From a virus (taxonomy: Duplodnaviria > Caudoviricetes): 33,465 bases of DNA. This document shows, piece after piece, positions 9,201-18,648 of this stretch (positions are counted from its first letter, which is position 1; each line of letters opens with the position of its first letter). The position numbers and the translations under genes are program-made. The DNA is taken from positions 1 through 33,465 of IMG/VR virus record IMGVR_UViG_3300047275_000519. The stretch is one strand, 5' to 3'. Under the pieces are notes generated by a model. The model saw only the letters and a program-made list of their open reading frames with translations, searched no databases and was not told the origin of the DNA.

Positions 9201-11249
9201 AATCTTGCCGGTCTTCTCAAAGATCGAGCGAAGAGTGTCTACAGTCTGCTTGCCAAACTTCTGTGTAAGAGCAGTGGTATTACCATTCATAATATCATCA
9301 ACAAACGTATTGTACATGGCTGCAGTCTTTGTTGACGTAGCATACCCAGTTGACTCTACAAGTAGCATCCGCTCAGCTGCTTCACTTGCAGCTTCTGGTG
9401 ACTTGAGGAATCCATCACTTGTGTACAGGTCTCCGAATGTCTTCTCAAACCATGAGTCGAACTGAGGAGCGACCTCATCAAAGCTATGACCGACAGAGTT
9501 GGCGATGCTTGACACGTGCTGTCGAGCAGTCGTCATGGCCTGCCCCTTAGACCCAACCTTTGCAACAAGCCTAATCTTTGTCCCCTGGATTTCGTCAACA
9601 GTGGCTCGAGAGAACTCGGCAAGTCCGCCTTCCTTGATTTTTCCAACTAGCTTGTTCTCGTATGTAATACCTGATGCTCGCATTGCACCAAGCTCGCTTG
9701 CGTTCATCTGGCTCTCAATGAAGTTCCCTAGCTGCTTAATCTGTGGAAGTGCGCGTCGGCCCTCCTTAGTTGCGGCCACAACTGGATCAACGTTTCGCAG
9801 GAACTCAACGCGGCTTCGCAATTCGCTGATGCTGCCGGTATCAAACAGTTTGACAACGCCTGTGTCTGCGAAGGCTGGGTCTTTGGCGATTGATCGCATC
9901 TCGTCCACAACCTCTTCAGTAGTGAACTTAACGGCAGCTCCGCTGCCGCGCTGCAGGATGAGTCGGTCAATGGCATCGTAGTAAAGTTTGCCGATCTGTT
10001 CTGCTGCGTTGAGGGCACGGTACTTGTTGCTTCCATTCATGATGTGCTCCGTGCCAATGATGCCGAAGTTTGCCAGGCCACGCCCTGCCATATTCTTAAC
10101 CTCATCGCCCTTACCAAGGTGCTCAAGGATGCCAGTTAGGCCAGCTACGTCTTCGTTAAGTTTGCCACCAAGTTCCTTATACACACCGTGCCAGTTGGCA
10201 CCAAACAACCCGGCGCCCATGCGCTTGAACCCTTCACCAAGTCCATCAGTCGCTGTCTTGTATACATCGTACATGCCGGCAAGAACCCCCTCGTCGAGAG
10301 CCTGCGAAGTTTCAATGGCCCTCTTTGCGGTTGCAATCTGCTCCTCAGCAATAGCAATACCCTCTGCGTTTCCAGCTTTCCTGGAATCAGCAAGACTCTT
10401 CTCTGCTGCTGCGATTGCGTTCTTTGCGTCTCTACCAATAGCAAGCTTCTGTCCCAGGTTAAGACCTCGCTGCTTGTTCAGCATGACTGCTGCTTTCTGG
10501 GCCGCAGATAGCTCTGGCACTTCCTCGGCAACTGTCTTGCCAACGCCTACCAGTGCCCTTGCTGTCTCTAGCCGGGCTAGCTGCGACTCTGCAGCGGTGG
10601 CAAACTTGCCAGCCTTTCTGGCAGCAAGCACTCCACCACCGATCAGCCCAGGTAAGAATCCTACGCCACCAGTAGCAGCGCCAGCGACTAGAGCGCCTGT
10701 GGTTGCACCACCAACAGCAGCCAGAGGTTTAAGGGCACCAACCTTACCAAATACTGCAGGGGTAAAGTTTAGTGGGTCAGTTAGCATGGTGAAGAGCAAG
10801 TTAGCGTCCTGGTTGTTTGACCATGCACGCTGCGACTTAATCATGTAGTCAACGATGGCACCGGTATCAGTCCCGGCATTGAGCATGTTCTGAATATCGG
10901 TAGGAAGATCTTGACGTCCTGTAACCTTAAGCCGTACGTTTGCAGCAAGATTTGCAAGCATTTCGCTTGGGATTGTTGCGAGCTGTAGCCCGGCACCGAT
11001 TACTCCTCCGATAGGCGTTTTGCTTATGAAGTCAGCAGTCTCCCCAAGAAGAGGAATCTTGCTGCCAATGTCAAAGCCGGTCTTGATTACGTCCTTGATC
11101 CCAGCCCCCATGTTTGCAGCAAGCTGCTCGTCTGGGCGCAAGCCATTGAGCTTATCGTTGCCACCGATATCAAGTCGGAACGCTAGGTCGCGCCCGCTGA
11201 TATCTGTGCTAGGTGGCCTTGTGCTTGTGGAGTAACCGACTAGTGGCAT
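6237..11249 (-). CDS. Large putative internal virion/DNA-ejection protein
   Basis: 1670 aa, helical Ala/Gly-rich; N-terminal Gly-rich hydrophobic segment GGATTGALVAGAATGGVGFLPGLIGGGVLAA; aromatic C-terminal motifs (LNPIYWLQE, MYPYSY). Function inferred from size and context. Confidence 0.55.
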   Translation of the reverse strand: MPLVGYSTSTRPPSTDISGRDLAFRLDIGGNDKLNGLRPDEQLAANMGAGIKDVIKTGFDIGSKIPLLGETADFISKTPIGGVIGAGLQLATIPSEMLANLAANVRLKVTGRQDLPTDIQNMLNAGTDTGAIVDYMIKSQRAWSNNQDANLLFTMLTDPLNFTPAVFGKVGALKPLAAVGGATTGALVAGAATGGVGFLPGLIGGGVLAARKAGKFATAAESQLARLETARALVGVGKTVAEEVPELSAAQKAAVMLNKQRGLNLGQKLAIGRDAKNAIAAAEKSLADSRKAGNAEGIAIAEEQIATAKRAIETSQALDEGVLAGMYDVYKTATDGLGEGFKRMGAGLFGANWHGVYKELGGKLNEDVAGLTGILEHLGKGDEVKNMAGRGLANFGIIGTEHIMNGSNKYRALNAAEQIGKLYYDAIDRLILQRGSGAAVKFTTEEVVDEMRSIAKDPAFADTGVVKLFDTGSISELRSRVEFLRNVDPVVAATKEGRRALPQIKQLGNFIESQMNASELGAMRASGITYENKLVGKIKEGGLAEFSRATVDEIQGTKIRLVAKVGSKGQAMTTARQHVSSIANSVGHSFDEVAPQFDSWFEKTFGDLYTSDGFLKSPEAASEAAERMLLVESTGYATSTKTAAMYNTFVDDIMNGNTTALTQKFGKQTVDTLRSIFEKTGKIHIVSSGHIFRDKALAFLDAYSALAKITASLEKSAEKRLGAATSADTIAQDGRVVRAFDRQGGAKEVEKFLKRLNNTMANSVEGAEYNKVIKDLLSDARGARNLEEVRLAWTRRATEQFDDIRVVHGDLKNADQINKYLREAVDSGLAVNRFSDRHLSAIEQALRLIGKDPNIVRTFNGGAYRLVRAPENNMIYKPALLEMPGSTPGQRQMWASKVMPFVDMSTSGLQKIAQKNGDAILGYNPTTIQKFMSNLFSPIPQKYVTNSIRRRLAAYLVRGGLGQEHVDAVLDELVARGVQEGVSARGLAPKTIYEAYRKAIDEVGGPGTYKQFVNNFAGNAFGKTFDPMNATMFAFRGDRNVVGATQYFTGGLKEGKFGTQIASWTDKWYPTLKFKLNPIYWLQEYAESPILNAARGVDRDTVFSMMADGSKAQMVSASQLRDLTKVGPETQSFVDNANFMAVFRQDAVAQAMTGRYDDVVMQAGFWENLKQGRHLDDLSNKKMAARDALALDITAKTFSDTLREKDFNLWSALVEQYGTSDSRAMFTNYVNYRMRLSDPRRVWNDIEVSRPAGVGFGRIPDPDRQAWADAQRELITGGRFAPEEQVLGQGAGILTQAQLQEQLLANPALHMATLDKHVSSLADAGYDASRFSDSANNLRNSLRRAEGELKSTADMSEDTMDMVKAAQKAFHADMQKIGRDWVLLQHKRSALESLATQLHFTDPLGVDPHTGKILEAMLVGQGFSTDIQYIVDEVNDVVNSIIRSGTDPIKDGKVFRDAVQAEMVRRVADKPGLAVKFGNGMSSVVTRHGAEETVYNAFQYAYTRALDQANTTTYFPSDRSFFERTINHPGLAMYPYSYMFKKILPEIIEFLFKRPFGTNAPMAGYSAYIHVRDYFEYELETNPGLGIWLDEHPNSVYMLTMMFPGVPWDVTAVPPAWARNLYKRMANGAEWSPGAVLNQDFARTITSLGPLGALETTGSALDELFKSKNP

Positions 11250-14074
11250 TAGACTGCTCGCCTATCTGTTGGCTTATAAGGCTTTGGCTTAGAAGGACTG
11301 AACCCGCTTCCCCCAGACGGAGTAGGGGAAGGAGTTGTTGGAGCTGGTGCTGCCGGGGCAGGGGATGCTGGCTTAGGGGTTGTTGGCTTGCTTTGGTTGA
11401 AGAACTCGCCAAGGTTCCTGAATGCGCCACCGATAAAGTCCCCGATACCGCTAAGGTCAGGAGCCTGGAATGAACCAAGACCCTGCTCTACGCCAGTGAA
11501 GTCGACAGGGGACTTTGCTCCCTCTGGCTTCTTATACTCAGGCTTAGGGATAGCTGGAGTATTATAGTCTGGTCCGCTTGGGCTGTAGAACCCTTGTCCC
11601 ATTCCAAGTCCAGCTGCTCCGCCTGGGGCCTGAGGCGCAAAGGCCAGTGGCACTTCTGCGCCAAACATCTCAGCGATACGTCTTGTAACGTTTCCATACT
11701 GAGCAAACTTAGCGATAGACGTATCAATATCGTACGTGCTTGGGATACCAGGGATACCCTTGTATACTGCCCTCAAGATGTCGCTCTGGATAGGCTTATC
11801 TCGACCTGCCTGAGCTGCGATAAGCATCGCATCTGCTAGAATCTTGTCCTTTCCACGAGAGAACGAAAGCTCAATGGCATCTGCTGTGGACTTAGGGTCT
11901 GCAATAAACCCAGCGTACTGGTACTTATTAACATCGTTTTCTCCAATGTTCATAATGCCAGCCCCAACACCAGCTGATGAGCGGCCAATGAATGCCGGGT
12001 CAGCAGGGTTCAGAATGTTCTTGAAGAAATCGTTTAGGCTCTTGCCCTTGGCGTCGAATGCAGCAGTGCTGTCAATGAAGATGTTCGGTACATTACCAGA
12101 CTGGCTATTGATCAGCGAGCTGTCGTTGAGGTCTACGCCTACAACGTTTGACATCCATCGCTTGAAGTCCTTGTAAGGAATGAGGATGCCGTTAGCTGCT
12201 GCGCCAGTAACCCCATTAATCTGGCCAACGATACGGACGAACATAGTGTCCTTAGCGCCGTTGTAGCCAGTCGACGTATTGCCACCAGTATTGAAGACCT
12301 GGATAGTCATGCCGGTGTTCTTCGACCAGTCGACAGGGCTCTGCTCTGTGCCTTTCTCGTTGATGTTGACTGGCATAGCGATACCGCCATAGGTCATCCC
12401 GCCAGTGCTAATGACTGCCGGTACTCCGCCAGCCGGGGCTGTGCCCTCGAAGGCTACGACCTCACCGTTAGGCTTGATCATTACCTGCCCGCCGTTGTTG
12501 AGAACGTGCTTGCTCCATGCTGTGTTTAGGAGCGTGTTTACAATAGACTTCGGATTAATCATAGCGGTACCGCCAACGGTTGGCATATCCAAGACCTTAT
12601 CTGCCATGGTGGCAGCCTTAGTCTGGATGACAGTGAAGTCATCATACGAAATCTTACCGTTTTCAATCGCGGTGATGATCTCCTGCTGGCTGATAGTTCC
12701 GCTCTTGTCGATGTCGGTGATATTAGTTCCAGCCACAAGCGAAGCAGGAAACTCACCGTTGGCCAGGTCCCCAACCCAGTTGAAGTTGCTAAGGTCCTGA
12801 TCCTTGATGGTCGTACCAAACATGCGCAGAGCTTGCAGTACTGCGTCAGGATGACCGCCCGTAGCGTTGAGCGTTGTGCCTTCGCCGGTGAACATGACGC
12901 CAGCCCCAGCCAGATTTGTTCGGAGATCATCCATAGCGTTACCGCCATAGGCGATACCAAACTCCATACCGGAGTTCTTAACGAATGTCCCGTTGACTGA
13001 CTTAAGTCGCAGTAGGTCTGCGGCCAGGCCGTCAGCGTACTCTCCGGCATCAGCAAACCCAGAAGAAGACATAGTCAAAAGATCCTGCTGGCCAGTTAGC
13101 GTGGCGGCGTAGAAGTCAGCAAGGATGTTGGGATCTGCGTACTGGATGATATCGGCGTACACGCCCATGTACCCGCTGTTCTCTCCGCCTGCAGCAGCAA
13201 GTGTCTGCAAAAGCTCAATAGCAGGATAGTTTGTTTGGGTTGATGTGAGTGCCTCGTTGATAGCGTCAAGCATCGCAGGGTTGCCGCTGTCTGCATATGA
13301 CTGGATAAGCTTCTCAGCAGCAGCGTTCATGCTTCTCTGGATGTCCTTCATCTGCTTGGTGTAGTTATCACGTGCGTCTACCTGCCCCTGCGTCTTAGCC
13401 TCAGATGCCGCTTGGGCCTGGAGTCCAAGGATAGTTCGGTACTCCTTGCTGTCCTTGGTAAACCCGGCGTCGAGCGCTGCCTGCAGTTGGCCCTTAAGCC
13501 AGCTGTTATAGGCACCTCGGCTAATGTCTCCGCTGTTAACGCCGGCCACCTTCCCGTCGTTTAGCACGTCGAACTTGGCAGTGAACACAACTCCCTTGAG
13601 CTTGTCTGCCTGTACGGTATCGCCGTCCGCCTCTAGGTCGGCAATCTCTTGAGCCGCCCAGGATTCAATGTCTGTCAGGCGGACTTCCGAGATTCCTCGG
13701 TTTGCAAAGTCAGCCCCGAGAAGACCGAAGTCAATCTGAGATCCGTCCTCCATGGCTCCAATGATCAGATTCTGAACGTCAGTACGGTACCGGCTTTCAA
13801 ATGAAGCCATCTGGGAGTTCAGTGTTTCGTACTCAGTGGACCCAGGCGGGAATCCAGCAAGCATGTTTCGGTAGTACTGTAGAACAAACTCACCGTCAAC
13901 GTTCTGGCCGTTGAACTGAGAGCTGTACTTACCGTCTTTCATATTCGTGTTATAAGCAGTCAAGATTGACTGCATCTCATCGGCCATCTGCTGCTTCAGC
14001 AGGTTGTAAATAATGACAGACAGGTTCTGGGATGTTCCTGATCCTGCCCGACCGAACTTACCTCGTCGTGCCAT
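11249..14074 (-). CDS. Large putative virion/ejection protein
   Basis: 941 aa; helical N-half, Gly/Asn-rich C-half, Pro/Lys-rich tail; between portal and the 1670-aa gene with a TAATG overlap. Confidence 0.5.
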   Translation of the reverse strand: MARRGKFGRAGSGTSQNLSVIIYNLLKQQMADEMQSILTAYNTNMKDGKYSSQFNGQNVDGEFVLQYYRNMLAGFPPGSTEYETLNSQMASFESRYRTDVQNLIIGAMEDGSQIDFGLLGADFANRGISEVRLTDIESWAAQEIADLEADGDTVQADKLKGVVFTAKFDVLNDGKVAGVNSGDISRGAYNSWLKGQLQAALDAGFTKDSKEYRTILGLQAQAASEAKTQGQVDARDNYTKQMKDIQRSMNAAAEKLIQSYADSGNPAMLDAINEALTSTQTNYPAIELLQTLAAAGGENSGYMGVYADIIQYADPNILADFYAATLTGQQDLLTMSSSGFADAGEYADGLAADLLRLKSVNGTFVKNSGMEFGIAYGGNAMDDLRTNLAGAGVMFTGEGTTLNATGGHPDAVLQALRMFGTTIKDQDLSNFNWVGDLANGEFPASLVAGTNITDIDKSGTISQQEIITAIENGKISYDDFTVIQTKAATMADKVLDMPTVGGTAMINPKSIVNTLLNTAWSKHVLNNGGQVMIKPNGEVVAFEGTAPAGGVPAVISTGGMTYGGIAMPVNINEKGTEQSPVDWSKNTGMTIQVFNTGGNTSTGYNGAKDTMFVRIVGQINGVTGAAANGILIPYKDFKRWMSNVVGVDLNDSSLINSQSGNVPNIFIDSTAAFDAKGKSLNDFFKNILNPADPAFIGRSSAGVGAGIMNIGENDVNKYQYAGFIADPKSTADAIELSFSRGKDKILADAMLIAAQAGRDKPIQSDILRAVYKGIPGIPSTYDIDTSIAKFAQYGNVTRRIAEMFGAEVPLAFAPQAPGGAAGLGMGQGFYSPSGPDYNTPAIPKPEYKKPEGAKSPVDFTGVEQGLGSFQAPDLSGIGDFIGGAFRNLGEFFNQSKPTTPKPASPAPAAPAPTTPSPTPSGGSGFSPSKPKPYKPTDRRAV

Positions 14075-14077
14075 TTC

Positions 14078-16354
14078 TTATTCTCCTTGCTGTGGTACGC
14101 CGCCTTGTGCGGCCTGCAACATTGCCATTAGGTCAGCTCCACCACCCTGCGCGTTCTGCGGTAGGGATTCCTGTGGCGGGATAGCCGCCTCGCTTGGCGA
14201 GTTCAGCATCTCCAGGCCACCAGCCGGAGGGTTCATGCTAGCCATGGCCTCCATAGCGCTATTCTGCCCAGCCTGAGCCTGAGCCTGAGCGGCCGCAGGT
14301 ACTTGCTGCTGCATCTGGTTGAACATCTGGATGAGAGCGCCCATCGTCTGCACAGCAGCCGGGTTGAGCGTTGCATCCGTCTGCTCGTCTCGGATGAGGT
14401 CCTTCTCGCCCTCTGGGTCGTTGACGCCCATGCGATCCATGGCACGCTCAGCAGACCAGAGTCGGTTCTGAACCAGGTTGATGGCGGTCTGTGCAAGCTC
14501 AATCGTGTCTCGCGGAGTGAGCTCCGGAGGTGTGATGGCCAGCTGATACTCACCGTCGATGATGTTGGCCACTGCCTTGTCCTTGATCTCCCACATGCGT
14601 GCGCACGTCTCCCAGACCTGGTTGATCCAGCTGTAGAGGAGCTTGCGCTTAGGGGAGATGCGTGCCTCGTAGTTGGCCATGAGCTGAGCGATAGCGCGGC
14701 TTGAGCCAAGAACGCTGGATGGCGCAAGGCCAAGCAGAAGTTCGTTAAGGCCTGAGGCTACAGCAAGTTCGCGGTCAATGCGCTTGTTGTAGTCTTCAAC
14801 CTGGAACTGAGGAATGAACGGGTTGATCGACTCAATGCGGTTCCCTGCCCCTGGTGTAGATACCTGGTTAGGCTTGGGGATTGCGTTTGCCGGAACCTCG
14901 TCCGGTGCATCTGGCCCAACGAGCTGCCACATCTGTCCGCCAACGACTGAGTGGATCATCTGCGCCTGGGCGGTGATCTTCTCGTCCTTCTCGCGGAGGA
15001 GTTGCTCGATGTCGTAAAGCTCTGGCTTTCCGTACGGGCTGCCAGGGATCATGCTGTTCCTGAGAACAACGTAAGGGATCGCTCCCTCAAGTTCTGGGTG
15101 CTCTGTACGCTTCACCACTGTATTGCCGACAATGATTACGTTGCATACAAGAGGCGGCTTTCCCGGCTGGGTTGGGTGCTTGTACCAGTAGTCCAATACT
15201 TCGATCTTCATCTGGTCATAAGCGGTCTGATACCTGATTGGATCTCTGTGGTAGCTGTTAAGGTAGATGCTGGCGATTGGGTCGTCATGCGTGCTGGAAG
15301 AAGTGTATGGGAACCACTTGTTGCCATCGCTTACTGGGATGACGTCAACGCCCCACTCCTCGAGTACAGCCTGAGGCGAGAGGCCGTAGCTGTACAGCGC
15401 CCAGTCGACACGTGTGTAGTCTGAGCTGCCGTACCCAAGGTACAGGTTCTCAGGCGTATCTACAATCTGGACTCTCGGCATCTTCTTTACCGGGTCCCAG
15501 AACACCTTAGCTGCGGTAGTTCCATAAAGGGACTTGAGCAAGCATGCCTCCTCGAGGCGAAGGTCCATGTCGTTGCTATCCCACCATGCATATAGGAGTC
15601 TCTCGCGTCGCCCGGCAGCATCGCGCTCTGCCATCTCTGGGCCAGTAGGAACGTAGTTTACAACAGGGCTTACAGCCTGAAGGGATGCTGGGATGTTAAC
15701 ATATGCGGCGTGAAGGTTGACGGATACGTGTGAGCGCCCGGATAGGCGTGCGCTAGGGTCCTCTGCCCAGTGGTCAGCGCCACCAAGCGTGAATGTGTTT
15801 GGGTGGTAGTAGTGATCGAACCGTCGGTAAATGGCTCGCATTCTGTTCTGCTCTGGCTCAACGAGCTGCTTCCGGTTCATTGCCTCAAGGACCAGCAAGT
15901 AGTCCTCATTCTCTTCGGCAACTTGCCCAAGCTGGTTAAGTCGCTGGCGCTCCAGAGAGATGCTCTTCTTCTGCTGGTCGGTTAGAGCTGTAAGGCTGGC
16001 AAACTTTGGGGTGATTTTTGAAGTGCGAACCTTACCGCCAGAGATAACAACGTCGTTAATAGTGCGCCCAGACCCAGCCTTCTTTGTCCGACCGTTAGCA
16101 ACTGCGCTGGGGAGTGCGCGTGACTTACGGCCCTTGGTGGCTGCAGGTGTCGCTTCTGTCTTAATAGGTGCGCCAGGGGCAGCAACGGCTGCAGTCTTCT
16201 GTCCGCGAATCTCTTTACGAGCTGTCTCGATGGCCTTCTTGATGCCATCAATATTTGACTTGGTAACGACGTTAGGATCAGTCGTGATCATGGAAGGGAC
16301 TTCCTTCCCATTCACGAATGACCCAGAGGTCATCTTAAGTTTGTCTTTAGGCAT
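14078..16354 (-). CDS. Portal protein with basic N-terminal and Gln/Ala/Pro-rich C-terminal extensions
   Basis: Follows the terminase; YGTTAAKVFWD, IPYVVLRN, SPYGKPELYDI and VASGLNELLLG are portal-like; ATG 16354 has a GGGGAG RBS and overlaps the terminase stop. Confidence 0.85.
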   Translation of the reverse strand: MPKDKLKMTSGSFVNGKEVPSMITTDPNVVTKSNIDGIKKAIETARKEIRGQKTAAVAAPGAPIKTEATPAATKGRKSRALPSAVANGRTKKAGSGRTINDVVISGGKVRTSKITPKFASLTALTDQQKKSISLERQRLNQLGQVAEENEDYLLVLEAMNRKQLVEPEQNRMRAIYRRFDHYYHPNTFTLGGADHWAEDPSARLSGRSHVSVNLHAAYVNIPASLQAVSPVVNYVPTGPEMAERDAAGRRERLLYAWWDSNDMDLRLEEACLLKSLYGTTAAKVFWDPVKKMPRVQIVDTPENLYLGYGSSDYTRVDWALYSYGLSPQAVLEEWGVDVIPVSDGNKWFPYTSSSTHDDPIASIYLNSYHRDPIRYQTAYDQMKIEVLDYWYKHPTQPGKPPLVCNVIIVGNTVVKRTEHPELEGAIPYVVLRNSMIPGSPYGKPELYDIEQLLREKDEKITAQAQMIHSVVGGQMWQLVGPDAPDEVPANAIPKPNQVSTPGAGNRIESINPFIPQFQVEDYNKRIDRELAVASGLNELLLGLAPSSVLGSSRAIAQLMANYEARISPKRKLLYSWINQVWETCARMWEIKDKAVANIIDGEYQLAITPPELTPRDTIELAQTAINLVQNRLWSAERAMDRMGVNDPEGEKDLIRDEQTDATLNPAAVQTMGALIQMFNQMQQQVPAAAQAQAQAGQNSAMEAMASMNPPAGGLEMLNSPSEAAIPPQESLPQNAQGGGADLMAMLQAAQGGVPQQGE

Positions 16355-17849
16355 TTGCAATCTCCCCAAAATAGCTGAACACCGGCTTGCTTACCGGGTT
16401 CACTGGATTTCTGACCGCATGTCGGACCGACAAGGCCAGTGCCATTACGGCGTCTGTGTCCATGTGTTTGTCATTGAGCTTGTATCCCAACAACTGTCGT
16501 CGAAGTTCCATCCAGGCTCCTCGACGAGGAAACTTGACCTGACCGCGATCAATGACCGCCTTTAGGTCTGCAAGAAGCTCAAGCTTCTTAGCTCTTGTCC
16601 CACCAAAGTCATAATCCCTTAGTGGCTTAATAATGCTGAACTCCTGGCGGAAGAGCTTCCCGCCGAATCCAGTTGAGTCAATGGTGCTTGTGCATTGGGC
16701 GCCGTCTTGGTTATATAGCAAGTGACCCTCTCGTACCATGTTTACTACTGCCGGGATGGTCTGCTTGCCGATCTTCCTTCTGCATCGGACGCCAACCATT
16801 ACCTCTCGCTCCGTGTAGTCTATGGTGATTGCCCAGGTTGCGTCGGATGAAATACCTGGGTCGATACCCTGAGAGTACCTTCGGCCCTTAGATGGAGGTA
16901 GTTCCTCATCGAGCTCGACAAAGCACTCGTCTACCATCTGGGCATTGAAGTAGGCATCTCTCGACTCGATGAAGTATCCGTCGATGTTCTGTGGTACAAG
17001 GTATTCTGCCTGCTGGCGGAGGATGGAATCAAATGTCTCAGACTTTAGTCCATACCCTACGTTGTCCCTGGTGGAGAGCCGGAAGCTCATGAACTGCTCA
17101 TCTCGGTTTGGGTTCTCTGGGTTCCCAAGTTCCCACAAGTCTGCGTAGTCGTTGATGCCCTCTGTCGGTGTGCCAATGAAGTGTAGCTGTCCACCTGTTG
17201 AGAGTCGTCGGAGGTTCAGAACCTCTTGATAAATCATTAGAAGGTGTGGCTCGAAGGCTGCCTCGTCGAACGAGATGCCATTCATGTCCTTGCCCAGGAG
17301 CGCCTTCGCTTTATCCTGGGTGGTACGGAAGTGAATGTTGGCACCTCCGAAGATCGGGTCTACTTTGATCCACAGGTACTCCCCGCGGTACTTCTTCTCG
17401 AAGTTGTAGACTTGCCCGATTTCTTTCACGATTGGACATCCACGGCCTTTTTGGGCTGGGTGGCCACCTTGAAGAAGCATGGCCAATTCTCTATGCACCA
17501 GTTCAGCCGTTTCCTGCTGGATGCCTACGTGATACCATTCATAAGGCTCGGTAGTCCAACGCTCCGCGTCTTCGACGCTTCCCTGCGTTGGGGGGCGAAG
17601 CCCCAGCTTGTAGGTGGCAGAGTGCAGGACTCCGACTGCCATCCCCAAAGTCTTACCAGCCCGGTTGCCGGCACTGCATACGGTGGTCAGGTATTTAGGC
17701 CTGAACCCCGTCTCATCGCGGGCAACCATTCCGTTCAGCCAGGCCAGTTGGCCCGGGTTGAGATTGACACCTAGCCAGCGAGAGGCAAAGAAACCGATGT
17801 CGGTCCGACCTCTGGCCAGATCTTGGGCAATCTCAGCATTAATGTTCAA
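16347..17849 (-). CDS. terL: Terminase large subunit
   Basis: 500 aa; Walker A SAGNRAGKT, Walker B ISFDEAA, coupling motif IGTP, nuclease motifs GIDPG, IDSTGFG and DAVMALAL. Confidence 0.95.
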   Translation of the reverse strand: MNINAEIAQDLARGRTDIGFFASRWLGVNLNPGQLAWLNGMVARDETGFRPKYLTTVCSAGNRAGKTLGMAVGVLHSATYKLGLRPPTQGSVEDAERWTTEPYEWYHVGIQQETAELVHRELAMLLQGGHPAQKGRGCPIVKEIGQVYNFEKKYRGEYLWIKVDPIFGGANIHFRTTQDKAKALLGKDMNGISFDEAAFEPHLLMIYQEVLNLRRLSTGGQLHFIGTPTEGINDYADLWELGNPENPNRDEQFMSFRLSTRDNVGYGLKSETFDSILRQQAEYLVPQNIDGYFIESRDAYFNAQMVDECFVELDEELPPSKGRRYSQGIDPGISSDATWAITIDYTEREVMVGVRCRRKIGKQTIPAVVNMVREGHLLYNQDGAQCTSTIDSTGFGGKLFRQEFSIIKPLRDYDFGGTRAKKLELLADLKAVIDRGQVKFPRRGAWMELRRQLLGYKLNDKHMDTDAVMALALSVRHAVRNPVNPVSKPVFSYFGEIANA

Positions 17850-18151
17850 GCAGTCTTCTTCTTTCCTTTGTTCCTAGCGCTGATAGCCTTGGCCTTAGCC
17901 TTGGCATCTGCCTTGCTACTAGCTCCCCACGCTTGAAGTGAGAGCAGGAGACGCGTCGGTCGCCCCTTCGAGTCTCGCTCCGGCCCTGGCATGTTACCCA
18001 TGCGGGCCAGGAACGACGCACGACGCGGATTGTCGCCAGACTTAACTGGCGCCTTGAGCGTGCCACCCTTGTAGGAAGCACGCCCCTTGGCATTGAGCCC
18101 ACCCTTGGGGTTCTTCCCCTCCTTGCGGGTCCAGGCTGGGGTCTTAGCCAC
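17846..18151 (-). CDS. Small basic phage protein (DUF6321-like)
   Basis: 101 aa; PAWTRKEGKNPKGGLNAKGRASY...RRASFLARM...LSLQAW resembles a widespread phage family as I recall it; very Lys/Arg-rich. Confidence 0.75.
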   Translation of the reverse strand: MAKTPAWTRKEGKNPKGGLNAKGRASYKGGTLKAPVKSGDNPRRASFLARMGNMPGPERDSKGRPTRLLLSLQAWGASSKADAKAKAKAISARNKGKKKTA

Positions 18152-18317
18152 GCTGGGCTACCGTTCGCTGTCCGGCCTTGTTGGTGCCAAAGAGAGTCTT
18201 GCCGCCCTTAGGAAGCTTCTTTCCCTTTGCTACCTTGCCCTTAGGCTTGGCCTTTCCCTTAGCGTCCTTCTTGCCGTACTTCTCCATGAGGAAGGCTGGC
18301 ATCTTCTTGCCTGGCAT
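18144..18317 (-). CDS. 57-aa Lys/Gly-rich protein (below the ORF-track cutoff)
   Basis: MPGKKMPAFLMEKYGKKDAKGKAKPKGKVAKGKKLPKGGKTLFGTNKAGQRTVAQRG; fills the gap exactly, TGATG overlap upstream and 8-nt overlap downstream. Confidence 0.8.
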   Translation of the reverse strand: MPGKKMPAFLMEKYGKKDAKGKAKPKGKVAKGKKLPKGGKTLFGTNKAGQRTVAQRG

Positions 18318-18646
18318 CAGTAGGCCTTCTTCTTGGCGCCCGTCTTGCGGGTGCCTGAACCACGGTTGTGCTGAACTTCGGTTACCGTTGGCTTTCCTCG
18401 CTCGCCTGTAATGGTGTTCTTTCGGAAAGTCTTTGTAACTGTGTTTTCTCGTCGGCCATTGGCCCCCATTGTAGTGGTCTTAGTGGTGACCTTCCGACTA
18501 CCGCTCTTAGTGTTCTTTGCCCCACTTGAGAGATATGTATTAATAGCATTACCATTTTTGGAGCTAGTAACAAATCCCTCTCGCTTGTCGCCTGCCTTAT
18601 AGACAACCTTGTTCGGGCCAACGGATGACCTCTTCTTACCTGGCAT
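18317..18646 (-). CDS. Lys/Arg/Thr-rich basic protein
   Basis: 109 aa, AAGGAG RBS, coupled to neighbouring genes; no recognisable domain. Confidence 0.75.
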   Translation of the reverse strand: MPGKKRSSVGPNKVVYKAGDKREGFVTSSKNGNAINTYLSSGAKNTKSGSRKVTTKTTTMGANGRRENTVTKTFRKNTITGERGKPTVTEVQHNRGSGTRKTGAKKKAY

Positions 18647-18648
18647 CG

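Noticed and set aside
6237-11249. Tape measure protein call for the 1670-aa ORF
   Set aside because: No periodic Trp/Phe repeats, no adjacent tail chaperone or tube genes, and it lies in the head module.
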